64,000 bases of DNA, taken from positions 15,894 through 79,893 of the forward strand of contig JBJECY010000081.1 of the NCBI GenBank assembly GCA_051871515.1. The letters run 5' to 3'. Shown piece after piece: positions 1-9,203 of this stretch. This DNA is from Muribaculaceae bacterium. Lineage in GTDB: Bacteria > Bacteroidota > Bacteroidia > Bacteroidales > Muribaculaceae. Each line of letters begins with the position of its first letter. Within the stretch, counting starts at the first letter, position 1. The notes below the pieces were generated by a model. That model had not been told where the DNA came from. It searched no databases and saw nothing but the letters and a program-made list of their open reading frames with translations. A program made the translations under genes and the position numbers.

Positions 1-385
1 GGCTGCTTTGGCATCACGTTCTGGGTGTCGAGTTCACCATCAAATTCAAGTTCTTTTGACATATCCATTTATGTTTTTTCGTTAATATATTCTTTTTTTG
101 ATGCGTTGCGCCAATCTTCACTTCCCATCACGCCCTGCAAGAGGGCGCAGATGTGTGTGCTAAGCACTGATGTTGAAAAGACTAACGCTTTTGTTGTACA
201 AATATAATAATTATCTTTGGACATTGCAAAGCTATAAACACATTGCGCAACTTATTTGCCCAAAATAGCAAAATAATGTTAATTACATTGCTTTTTCTTC
301 AGTGAAACCACCAGTTCGACGGATAACATTGGCACAAATTACTTATTTGTTGGTCAGTTTTTCTTATTTATTGACAATAAAGTAT

Positions 386-393
386 TACCTTTG
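386..393 (+). promoter_or_regulatory. Bacteroidota-type -7 promoter box (TAccTTTG) upstream of the DUF2147 gene
   Basis: The sequence tacctttg fits the TAnnTTTG -7 consensus about 70 nt upstream of ATG 464. The same 10-mer attacctttg recurs at 1032-1041. Confidence 0.4.
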
Positions 394-463
394 TGCCCCC
401 GAAAGAAAAAACCGGGAATAATATTAATCATCAAAAAAAACGAAAGAATTTATTTGCAAAGCT

Positions 464-919
464 ATGAAGAAGTATTTAATTGCGCTGCTTTGTGCAGTGA
501 TGGCAGTGTTGCCCTCAGTGGCACAGCAAATCAACGACGTTGCCGACAACATTATTGGCGAATATCTCACTGACCGCGGCGGCAGCAAGAGCAAGGTGCG
601 CGTGAGCAAAAACGCCGACGGCACCTATCGCGCACAGGTTTATTGGGTGGAGCATCCACTCGACGAACAAGGCAACAAGCGCAAAGACGTGAAGAACCCC
701 GACAAAAGCCTGCGCAACGTTGACATTGACAAAGTGGTGCTGGTTGACGGTCTGAAATATAAAGCAAAAGACAAGAAATGGGGTGGCACAAAGATTTACG
801 ACCCCACCAAAGGCATCCGCGTGAACGCCAGCGCCGAGTTTGTGAGCCCCACCAAGCTGAAGTTGCGCGGCACCATCATGGGCATTGGCGCCACTCTCTA
901 TTGGACAAAAATAAAATAA
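464..919 (+). CDS. DUF2147 domain-containing secreted protein
   Basis: 151-aa ORF with signal peptide MKKYLIALLCAVMAVLPSVAQQ. The NPDKSLRN...W-GGTKIYDPTKG...LKLRG...LYWTK pattern is typical of DUF2147. Confidence 0.75.
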   Translation: MKKYLIALLCAVMAVLPSVAQQINDVADNIIGEYLTDRGGSKSKVRVSKNADGTYRAQVYWVEHPLDEQGNKRKDVKNPDKSLRNVDIDKVVLVDGLKYKAKDKKWGGTKIYDPTKGIRVNASAEFVSPTKLKLRGTIMGIGATLYWTKIK

Positions 920-1033
920 TGCCATACGCGCTAAACAAGCGAAAAGACACAACAAGGGCAGCCCAAAAGCTTAAATAATGTTAAGCAGAAGCAAAAATTT
1001 TGCTCAGCATTATGTTTTATAACATAAAGTTAT

Positions 1034-1041
1034 TACCTTTG
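1034..1041 (+). promoter_or_regulatory. Second TAccTTTG -7-like box in an intergenic region
   Basis: The sequence tacctttg fits TAnnTTTG. It lies about 40 nt upstream of a strong intrinsic terminator (1083-1112). Confidence 0.3.
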
Positions 1042-1082
1042 CACTGTGTTTTTCATGGTATTAGATTTAAGGTTAATAAAGG

Positions 1083-1112
1083 TTGATTGTCGGGAGACAA
1101 TCAATTTTTTTT
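1083..1112 (+). terminator. Rho-independent terminator
   Basis: Perfect 9-bp stem ttgattgtc / gacaatcaa with a ggga loop, followed by 8 T residues. Confidence 0.7.
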
Positions 1113-1435
1113 GTGCCTATTTGAAATGCGTTTTTCACCTCTAAAAAACACCCTTCCCCCCCACAGCAATAAGCAGCATTAAAAGCTATCATCGCATCTC
1201 AGCAGGTGCTGCCGCGCTTGCGCTGATAATGTCATTTAATATCTTCTGAACAATGGGGCAGGGCAGCGCTTAAAGCAAACGTGACAATGGCAATTTTAAT
1301 GAGCACGCCGCCGCGAGATGAAACATGCCGCCGGCAAGAAAAAGTTGGCAAAAGTGATGTGATGTGTGGCAAGGTATTGCTATCTTTGCATCAAACAGAA
1401 GCCATTTCATAAAACCATTATTTTCGATTAAGACA

Positions 1436-2458
1436 ATGACTAAGACAATGAGAACACTCGTTCTGGGCGCAGCTATGGCTATTGCCACAGCCATTACGCC
1501 TGCCGCAGCTCAACAGCTAAAGTTTGGAACCGACGGCCAGTTTAAGATTGTGCAGTTGACCGACGTGCATTGGAACCCAAGCAAACAAAGCTCAGAGCTT
1601 GCCGAAGAAAACATCATCAACGCACTCGATGCCGAACGCCCCGACCTGGTGGTGATAACCGGCGACGTGATATTTGGCACACCGGCAAAGACGTGCATCG
1701 ACCGCACTCTCAAGCCAATCATCGACCGCAAAATACCCTTTGCCGTGACCTTTGGCAACCACGATGCCGAGTGTGATTGGAGCGCAAAACAAATCTATGA
1801 CTATCTGTGCACCCAGCCGGGCAATCTCACAGCAAGCACCGCCGGACTGTCGGGCATCACCAATTACACCCTTGCCATCAACTCGGGAAAAGACGCGGGC
1901 AGCGTTGCCGCCGTGCTCTATGTGCTCGACTCGCATCAATACTCGCAACAACCCGACCTCACCAACGGCTACGACTGGATAAAATTTGACCAGATTGACT
2001 GGTATCGCAGCCAAAGCGAAAAATTCAAGGCAGCCAACGGCGGCAAGCCGATGCCTGCGCTGGCGTTTATGCACATCCCGGTGCCTGAATACACCGAGGC
2101 GGCTCGCGACCCCGGCACGCTGCTCATTGGCACACGCAAAGAAGAACCGTGCTGCCCAAAAATCAACACCGGACTTTACTCAGCCATGTTGCTGCAAAGA
2201 GACGTTATGGGAATGTTTGTGGGCCACGACCATGTAAACGACTATATCTGCGATTGGAAGGGCATAGCGCTCGCCTATGGGCGTTATTCGGGCGGTCACA
2301 CCGTTTACCACGACATACAGGGCGACAACGGGGCTCGCGTGATAGTGCTCACCGAGGGCTCTCGCTCGTTCCGCACATGGATACGCCTGCGCATTGGCAA
2401 CAAGGTGATTAACGAGGTCTCTTACCCCGACGATTTCCTGCGCCCCAAAGAAGATTAA
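1436..2458 (+). CDS. Calcineurin-like metallophosphoesterase, secreted
   Basis: Motifs VVITGDVIFG, FGNHD, FMHIP and VGHDH are present. A signal peptide (MTKTMRTLVLGAAMAIATAITPAAAQQ) begins at the internal ATG 1436. I judge the ORF-track start at 1364 to be an upstream extension. Confidence 0.8.
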   Translation: MTKTMRTLVLGAAMAIATAITPAAAQQLKFGTDGQFKIVQLTDVHWNPSKQSSELAEENIINALDAERPDLVVITGDVIFGTPAKTCIDRTLKPIIDRKIPFAVTFGNHDAECDWSAKQIYDYLCTQPGNLTASTAGLSGITNYTLAINSGKDAGSVAAVLYVLDSHQYSQQPDLTNGYDWIKFDQIDWYRSQSEKFKAANGGKPMPALAFMHIPVPEYTEAARDPGTLLIGTRKEEPCCPKINTGLYSAMLLQRDVMGMFVGHDHVNDYICDWKGIALAYGRYSGGHTVYHDIQGDNGARVIVLTEGSRSFRTWIRLRIGNKVINEVSYPDDFLRPKED

Positions 2459-2610
2459 ACGCCTTTGGGTTAAACACCCATATTTTTAGGACTTATTTGC
2501 CCCCGCAATCACCCAAAGCAACAACGGCAGGCTACTGCAACATTAAGCCAAGGCAATCAAGAAAACCAACGCCATGCGATGGCGACGGGTGGAGTGGGGC
2601 AGATGCTGCC

Positions 2611-2721
2611 ACGCGCTCAAAACTGATGCTGTTTGAATCAGCCGCGCACGCTTAAAACTGATGCTGTTTGAATCAGCCACACGCACAAAATTACAGCTCA
2701 AAACTGACGCTGCTCAAAAGC
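2611..2721. repeat. Three direct copies of about 30 nt (gctcaaaactgaYgctgYt...agcc); the third copy is the 3' end of the thioesterase CDS
   Basis: Copies at about 2611-2643, 2648-2678 and 2692-2721. The first two share an identical 26-nt core, aaaactgatgctgtttgaatcagcc. Confidence 0.6.
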
Positions 2722-3159
2722 CTGAATGGCGTCACGCCAATGGTTGGCAAGCGGCTTTGAGCAACCTGTTGTGAGGTCAAAACTAACCATCACGCAAGTG
2801 CATTGCGCCTTCACCTCGCCGGTGGCGGTGTTATACACCTGCTGGGCAAGCATGATGCTTTTCTCGCCCATTCTAATGGTTTGTGTGCGCACTTCAAGCG
2901 GTTCGTCATAGAACGTCTGAGCCAAGAAGTCGCAGTTGACGTTGGCAATCACAATGTCGGCACTCATCCAGTCAATTACCTCGCCCCTCACGGCGTTGAA
3001 ATAACGTGTTTTGCCCAAATCAAACAACGCGAAATAGACTGAATTGTTCAGATGACCAAGTATGTCGATATCGTTAAATCGCAATTGCACCGGTATGGAA
3101 TGACGGAAAGGAGTGGTAATCTCCAATCCGTGTTTTTGTTTCTTGTTTTCTTGTTGCAT
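2698..3159 (-). CDS. Acyl-CoA thioesterase, hotdog fold (4HBT/YbgC-like)
   Basis: 153 aa. LRFNDIDILGHLNNSVYFALFD matches the 4HBT active-site region. Confidence 0.75.
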   Translation of the reverse strand: MQQENKKQKHGLEITTPFRHSIPVQLRFNDIDILGHLNNSVYFALFDLGKTRYFNAVRGEVIDWMSADIVIANVNCDFLAQTFYDEPLEVRTQTIRMGEKSIMLAQQVYNTATGEVKAQCTCVMVSFDLTTGCSKPLANHWRDAIQAFEQRQF

Positions 3160-3215
3160 TTCTTCTACTCTTTATTTTGATTATAATCACACACCCGGCA
3201 TTGAGTGCGCGTAAG

Positions 3216-3506
3216 TTACTTAAACACTATCTCCTTTATCACCGGGGCTCCAACAGCCTCGTTGATGCGCTCAATGAGCACCGAGCGGTTCATCATCAAG
3301 TCGTTGCGCAACGCAGCCGACGAGAGGTGCACGGTCATCACGCCGTTGCTCACGCTGCGGCTTATGGTGTAGCTGTTAACACCAAATCCCACCACATCGG
3401 GCCACACATACGATGCCCTCTGCTCGTTCATCTCCTGAGTGAGATTCTCAGCCTGAATGAAGTTTTTTATGATTTCGCCTATTGGCTTTGCTTCGCTGCG
3501 TTTCAT
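3216..3506 (-). CDS. DUF721 domain-containing protein
   Basis: 96 aa, immediately downstream of recF as in many bacteria. It contains the W-P-VVG ... V-NGV--V-- pattern. Confidence 0.7.
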   Translation of the reverse strand: MKRSEAKPIGEIIKNFIQAENLTQEMNEQRASYVWPDVVGFGVNSYTISRSVSNGVMTVHLSSAALRNDLMMNRSVLIERINEAVGAPVIKEIVFK

Positions 3507-3631
3507 AACTTTTTCTGCTTTTTCAAAAATGTTTTATTTGTTGCGATTGCCGCCCCACAAACGATTTTGTTCTCCCTCAGCAGTGAGGGGATTGGGATAG
3601 GGTAGGACACCAGCACAATGGCAATGCATCG

Positions 3632-4735
3632 TCAGCTGTTTTCCTCAATCACAGTGCAACATCCGCTCTCCACGTTGAAGATTTTATAGCTGCTGTTGAG
3701 CGTCTTGATAATGTTGTCGAGGTGAGAGCGGTTGGTGTCGGTGATGAAAATCTGCCCGAACTGGTTGTCACTCACCACTTTCACTATTCGCTCCACGCGC
3801 TCGGCATCGAGCTTGTCGAAGATGTCATCGAGCAGCAAAATGGGCAACGCCGTGCTTTGCTCCTTTAGAAAGTCGTATTGCGCCAAGCGCAAGGCAATGG
3901 TGTAAGTCTTGCACTGACCTTGACTGCCCACCTTGCGCATTGGGTGCATATCGAGCAACAGGTTTATATCGTCGCGGTGCACGCCGTGGGTGGTGTAACC
4001 CACCACCATGTCGCGTTGCCGGTTTTCGTTCAGCACTTGAGCCATTGAGCACTGATTGAGGTGGCTGTTTAGCTCAAGGTGCACCGTCTCGGCACCGCCG
4101 GCAATTGCGCTGTAATAGCGCATGAAGATGGGCGAAAAGCGCTCAATCCACTGCTGACGCGTGTTGTGCAACATGGTGCCACTCTCAATGAGCTGATGCT
4201 CAACCGTCTCATAGAGCAGAGGGTCGGTATAACCCTGCTTAATGAGCGAATTGCGGTTCTCAATAGCCTTGTTATAGCGAATCAGGTGCGAGAGATATTC
4301 CTGGTTGCTCTGCGAGATTATCTGGTCCATGAGGCGGCGGCGTTCCTCGCCCGAGCCGCGAATCAAGTCCCAATCCATAGGCGACACCATCACCAGCGGC
4401 AGCAAGCCAATGTGCTGGCTGAAGCGCTTATACTCCTTGCCATCACGCTTCAAGGTCTTGCGGCGGCCCTTTTGATAAGCCATTGTCACTTCCACCTTCT
4501 CGCCGTTGCGGCTATATGCGCCGCGCAGCATCATGTAGTCGGCCTGATGGTTTAGCACCAACTGGTCGCCCACGTTGCTACAGCTTTTCACAAAACTCAG
4601 GTAGTAGATGGCATCGAGCACGTTGGTCTTGCCCATGCCATTATTGCCAATAAAGCAATTGATGTTGGGCGAAAACTGCAGATTACTCTCTGTCAGATTC
4701 TTGAAATTGACTATTGCGATACTTTCTAAATACAT
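3632..4735 (-). CDS. recF: DNA replication/repair protein RecF
   Basis: Walker A GNNGMGKTNVLDAIYYL, signature SQGQCKT and Walker B LLLDDIFDKLD. The start is taken at MYLESIAIVNFKN; the ORF-track start at 4753 is 6 codons longer. Confidence 0.9.
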   Translation of the reverse strand: MYLESIAIVNFKNLTESNLQFSPNINCFIGNNGMGKTNVLDAIYYLSFVKSCSNVGDQLVLNHQADYMMLRGAYSRNGEKVEVTMAYQKGRRKTLKRDGKEYKRFSQHIGLLPLVMVSPMDWDLIRGSGEERRRLMDQIISQSNQEYLSHLIRYNKAIENRNSLIKQGYTDPLLYETVEHQLIESGTMLHNTRQQWIERFSPIFMRYYSAIAGGAETVHLELNSHLNQCSMAQVLNENRQRDMVVGYTTHGVHRDDINLLLDMHPMRKVGSQGQCKTYTIALRLAQYDFLKEQSTALPILLLDDIFDKLDAERVERIVKVVSDNQFGQIFITDTNRSHLDNIIKTLNSSYKIFNVESGCCTVIEENS

Positions 4736-4949
4736 TACGATGCAAAAATACAAAATTCTGCACTTTCACCACTCATGCTCTACCGCTTTAATTAGTGAAA
4801 AAAAGATAAATTGCCTGCAGCACTGCATGCAGCGTGCCCACCACAGCAAGATGATGGGCTGCACAAAAATTTTTCTGCCCCCCTGATGGGGCGTGAGAGG
4901 GGATAGGGCAGCACAAAGCCGGTTATGCAAGAAAAGCCCGCAACCGCTT

Positions 4950-5339
4950 TTATTTGATGCGGTTGTACACGGCATTGCCGGCAGCCACTATAAGAACCTT
5001 GTAGAGGTTATCTTTATCAAACGTGGTGAAGGCGTGCCCAAACGCGCCCACACTCAGATAATAGGTTTTATCGTCAATCTGCATGGTGCCGAGGCTAAAG
5101 AGCACATAATTATTCACCGTAAGATTTTTGTTGACATACGATTCCACCTCGCGGTTGCCAACAGTCAAGCCTAAGCCGCCTATCAGTTTCACAAGCACGT
5201 TGCTATTCCCCGCATAGTTCTCAAAAGCACCGCTAATTTCTTCTATCACAGCACGTTGATGCTCCTCGCCCGATGGGTTGGTAAATGCCATTGCCAACAG
5301 TGCAATTGCAGCAACCGCCACTATCACTATCTTTTTCAT
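4950..5339 (-). CDS. Small membrane-anchored or secreted hypothetical protein (possibly DUF4359-like)
   Basis: 129 aa with an N-terminal hydrophobic helix, MKKIVIVAVAAIALLAMAF. I recognised no catalytic motif. Confidence 0.5.
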   Translation of the reverse strand: MKKIVIVAVAAIALLAMAFTNPSGEEHQRAVIEEISGAFENYAGNSNVLVKLIGGLGLTVGNREVESYVNKNLTVNNYVLFSLGTMQIDDKTYYLSVGAFGHAFTTFDKDNLYKVLIVAAGNAVYNRIK

Positions 5340-5669
5340 ATCATTTAATGAATAAATATGTGTTGATTATTGTTTTGCTTCACACAATAGAACCTTGCGC
5401 CCGTTGGAGAGCCAAAGCCTATCTATGGCAAAGATAGTGCAAACGAATGTAGAAAAGCCAAATTTGCGAGAGTTTTTTGCCGAGCGCAGCCTATTTTCTG
5501 TAAAGATACATTATAGCGAAACCACAACCAAAATTTTGATGAGGGTTTTTGCCCTTTGAAATTGCGAATGAAGCTGTGTGTCGGCTGCGATGGGAGAGTA
5601 ATGGGGTGCGTGTGTTTTAAATAATCTGTACGTGTTTATTCAGGCGCAGGCAGGTGTGAGAAGATGCTA

Positions 5670-7457
5670 TTAATGGAGCGAAAGGTTGAAATCTTGTATA
5701 AGCGCCTCAATTCCGGGATATTTGATGCGAACCTCCTCAATAATTTCGCGCGGTGATTTATATTTTTGTTTTGGGGCATTTTCAACCACCTTCACGTCCA
5801 TGCCCACATAGTCGTTTTGCAGATAGTCGCGCATCGATTTCAAGATAAAATCAACGTATTGATTGACGATATCCCTGCCGGTCACATCAAGGCTCACCAT
5901 AAAGAGGTTTTGGTTGACCAGCACAGGCATGGTGAGGCTCATCACGTTGATGAGCATTTTACGCGACGGGTTATCGGTAATCACCTTGTTCCATGCCGCG
6001 GAGAGCATCTCCTGATTGAAAATGGCGCGGCGCATAGGCTGCTGTGCGTTGGCAGCCGCGCCTGAGCTGCGCTCATCGGTGGCGTTGAACTGCACCACAG
6101 GCTTAACATTAAATTTGTGCCTGGGCGAAGCCGCGCCACCGGCTGCCTCAATCTCGTTGGTGATTGATTCAACCACCGAATTGCGCGAGCCGCCCTGCAA
6201 CGGAGTGTGCAAGGCGGGCGCCGAGCTCTTAGGCGTGTATGCCGACGGTTGCGCCGCAGGCTGCTGAGGGGCAGCTTGCGGTGCTGCCTGCTGAGGTTGC
6301 TGCGGCTGAGAGGCTATTGACTGCAACGGCTTGCCGCCGCCACCGCCACTCGGACCGGGCGTGGTGTCAAGTATTTGGCATATCTTTATAAGCGTAAGCT
6401 CCACCAGAAACTGCTTGTTGCTGGCAGTGGGGTAGTTAAGGTCGCAAGTGTTGCATAAGTCCATGGCACGATAATACCACTTGGGGTGCAACGTGGCGGC
6501 CTGTTGGGCAAACTTCTGCGCCACATCGTCGCTCATCTCAAGCAGCGAGAGCGTTTTGGGGTTGCAAGCCACCATAAGGTCGCGCAAATGCTGCGCCAAG
6601 CCATTAACAAAAAACCTTGAATCGAAGCCATGGTCGCGCACATCCTTATAGACCAACAACGCCTGTGGCACATCGCATGCCTTAAACGCCTCAACAAGGC
6701 GGAAATAATAATCGTGGTCGAGCACATTGAGATTGTCGATGGTGCTCTGATAGGTGATGTTGCCTTGCGAGGCAGCTGCCACCTGGTCGAAGATTGACAA
6801 GGCGTCGCGCATGGCGCCATCGGCTTTTTGAGCAATCACGTTGAGAGCCGATTCCTCGGCGGTGATGCCCTCTTGCGAGGCAATGTATTGCAGTTGCTCA
6901 ACAATGTCGTGCACGGTGATGCGCGAGAAGTCATAGATTTGGCAACGGCTCAAAATGGTGGGCAGAATCTTGTGCTTCTCGGTGGTGGCGAGAATGAAAA
7001 TGGCGTGAGCCGGCGGCTCTTCAAGCGTCTTTAGGAAGGCGTTGAACGCCTGAGCCGAGAGCATGTGCACCTCGTCAATGATAAACACGCGGTAGCGGCC
7101 TATCTGCGGCGGTATGCGCACCTGGTCAATGAGGTTGCGAATGTCGTCAACCGAGTTGTTTGACGCCGCATCGAGTTCCACAATATTATAGCTGCGCTGC
7201 TCGTTGAACGCCACACACGACTCGCATTGGTTGCAAGCCTCGTGTTCGGGCGTTGGACTGAGACAGTTGATGGTCTTGGCAAAAATGCGCGCACATGAAG
7301 TCTTGCCCACACCACGCGGACCGCAAAACAGATAGGCATGCGCCAAGCGGTCGCCATCGATAGCCGACTTTAGAGTATGGGTAAGAGCCTGTTGCCCCAC
7401 AACGCTGCGAAACGTTGACGGGCGGTACTTACGAGCTGATACTATATAATTTTCCAT
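5670..7457 (-). CDS. dnaX: DNA polymerase III subunit gamma/tau
   Basis: Walker A GPRGVGKTS, FIIDEVHMLS and Zn module CNQCESC are present. There is a Pro/Gln-rich linker (QPQQPQQAAPQAAPQQPAAQP). Confidence 0.9.
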   Translation of the reverse strand: MENYIVSARKYRPSTFRSVVGQQALTHTLKSAIDGDRLAHAYLFCGPRGVGKTSCARIFAKTINCLSPTPEHEACNQCESCVAFNEQRSYNIVELDAASNNSVDDIRNLIDQVRIPPQIGRYRVFIIDEVHMLSAQAFNAFLKTLEEPPAHAIFILATTEKHKILPTILSRCQIYDFSRITVHDIVEQLQYIASQEGITAEESALNVIAQKADGAMRDALSIFDQVAAASQGNITYQSTIDNLNVLDHDYYFRLVEAFKACDVPQALLVYKDVRDHGFDSRFFVNGLAQHLRDLMVACNPKTLSLLEMSDDVAQKFAQQAATLHPKWYYRAMDLCNTCDLNYPTASNKQFLVELTLIKICQILDTTPGPSGGGGGKPLQSIASQPQQPQQAAPQAAPQQPAAQPSAYTPKSSAPALHTPLQGGSRNSVVESITNEIEAAGGAASPRHKFNVKPVVQFNATDERSSGAAANAQQPMRRAIFNQEMLSAAWNKVITDNPSRKMLINVMSLTMPVLVNQNLFMVSLDVTGRDIVNQYVDFILKSMRDYLQNDYVGMDVKVVENAPKQKYKSPREIIEEVRIKYPGIEALIQDFNLSLH

Positions 7458-7546
7458 TTACTACAAAGGTAAATATTTTCTTTGATTTTTTTAAATGCTT
7501 ATCAACATTTTTGCAAGGCGTATCGCCTAAACAACAGTTAAAGCCA

Positions 7547-8893
7547 TTATAAAAACATAGTCATGTAAACCGGTATGTAAAACACACCGTTTTCTTTCTT
7601 TAAATCTTTGGTGTAGATGACATATTTATTTAAAATACGGTCAGAATATTTTTCACAAAAAACATCCAACGATTTATGTGTGGAATAGCCCGACGATTTC
7701 ACCTCAATTGGTGATATTTTATGCTTATCTGCAATAACAAAATCAATCTCGTAATACTTTTTACCCTCGGCAAAAGGTATTGTGTGATAAAACAGATTTT
7801 TGCCTGATGTTCTGAGTATTTGAGCTATTACGTTTTCATAAACATATCCCAAATTTGTGCTTAGTTTATCACTAAGCAACTTGTTATAGATAACATTTTC
7901 GGTGCTGTCGGCATCTTTAAAAGCCAGCGTTACAAACAGCCCCGTATCAGAAGCATACATTTTAAAGTATTCTTGATTTTTTGTTAACGCCAAGCCCACA
8001 TTTGGGTCATTGGAATGAAACGCCACATTCACCATTCTTGAATCTTCCATTTCATTCACAACGTCGATGATTTTATTGGCTCTCTTATCTTTAACAATTT
8101 TGTTCACCTGATAACGTAACACATTTTTGCTAAGTTGCGAAGGTGTGGAATCATACAAAGCCTTGGCTTTACCCGAACTGTCAATCTTGTTCAAATCCTC
8201 TTCATAAAGAGCAATTATGTCGCGTTTCACATTATCCACAACCGTGAAGTTGTTGGTATTTATATATGCAGCTACAGCCTGAGGCATTCCACCCACAAGC
8301 ATATACAGCCTGAAGTCTCTCATCAACTTGCGATGAACAGCATCGCCTAACGGCATTTTCTTTTCAAAAGCGGTGCGTAGCAACGGAATGGTGGCGGTGT
8401 CACCCAACGCCCATCGAAATTCTTCGTAATCCATTGGGTACATATCAACCTTTGTTTCCTCGCTTGGAATGAGTATGTTACGGCTAATGCTCCTAACCGA
8501 TATCAACGAACCTGTTTCAATATAATCGTATCTTTTATCTTTCACCAAGTGCTTTATTGCCTGGCGTGCAAGTGGCTGCAACTGCACTTCATCAAAAATA
8601 ATCACCGATTTTCTTTCATGCAACGTCACGTTATATATGAATTGAAGCCTTACAAACAAATAGTTCAAATCAGATATGTCATTGAATAAATCATTAACCT
8701 CTTTTGATACGTTCGAAAAATCAATTAATATATATGATTTATACTCTTTACGGGCAAACACCTCTGCAATTGTTGACTTACCAATACGACGAGCGCCTTG
8801 TATCAATAAAGCTGTTTCACCATTACGCTCATTTTTCCATTTGAGCATGGTGTCATATATTTTTCGCTTGAAATTGATGGCTTTATCTTTCAT
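7547..8893 (-). CDS. AAA-family ATPase with DUF4143-type C-terminal domain
   Basis: P-loop GARRIGKST and Walker B VIIFDEVQ are present, with the typical KIYDTMLKWKNE N-terminus. The ORF-track start at 8914 is a GTG; the ATG at 8893 is preferred. A -7 box caaaatta (reverse complement TAatTTTG) lies at 8914-8921. Confidence 0.8.
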   Translation of the reverse strand: MKDKAINFKRKIYDTMLKWKNERNGETALLIQGARRIGKSTIAEVFARKEYKSYILIDFSNVSKEVNDLFNDISDLNYLFVRLQFIYNVTLHERKSVIIFDEVQLQPLARQAIKHLVKDKRYDYIETGSLISVRSISRNILIPSEETKVDMYPMDYEEFRWALGDTATIPLLRTAFEKKMPLGDAVHRKLMRDFRLYMLVGGMPQAVAAYINTNNFTVVDNVKRDIIALYEEDLNKIDSSGKAKALYDSTPSQLSKNVLRYQVNKIVKDKRANKIIDVVNEMEDSRMVNVAFHSNDPNVGLALTKNQEYFKMYASDTGLFVTLAFKDADSTENVIYNKLLSDKLSTNLGYVYENVIAQILRTSGKNLFYHTIPFAEGKKYYEIDFVIADKHKISPIEVKSSGYSTHKSLDVFCEKYSDRILNKYVIYTKDLKKENGVFYIPVYMTMFL

Positions 8894-8936
8894 ATTTTTA
8901 CCTAAATTTTTCACAAAATTAGCGCAAAAACATCAG

Positions 8937-9065
8937 TTCCACCAAATTTTTTTGGGCGAAAATAGCACTTTCCACCAAATTTTTTTTGGCGAAAATGGCA
9001 CTTTCCACCAAATTTTTTTGAGCGAAAATGGGGTTTTCCACCAAATCTTTGGGGCGTTTATGGCA
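8937..9065. repeat. Four tandem copies of a 32-33-bp unit (ttccaccaaatttttttgRgcgaaaatRgcac)
   Basis: Copies at 8937-8968, 8969-9001, 9002-9034 and a degenerate copy at 9035-9065, directly upstream of the ATPase gene. Confidence 0.85.
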
Positions 9066-9203
9066 AATTTTTTTGGCAGATATGCCGAATAATGCTTTGC
9101 CAAAAACAAGCAAGGCGCACCCACACGATGATGGTGATGCGCCCTGATATTTATTTCACACAATAAAACCTCATTCGGATGAGCTGAGTGTGTTAATCAA
9201 ACC

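Noticed and set aside
5340-5669. A 330-bp intergenic region between the small membrane protein gene and dnaX, examined for an RNA gene (SRP RNA often precedes dnaX in Firmicutes).
   Set aside because: I could not find the conserved SRP domain IV motifs or any convincing extended helices. It contains only a probable minus-strand -7 box (caaagata at about 5429). I left it unannotated.
8919-9163. Two minus-strand ORFs (64 and 76 aa) and the + ORF 8676-9092 across the 33-bp tandem repeat.
   Set aside because: Their sequences are periodic translations of the tandem repeat (…KKIWWKV.FSPKKIWWK…), so there is no independent coding evidence.
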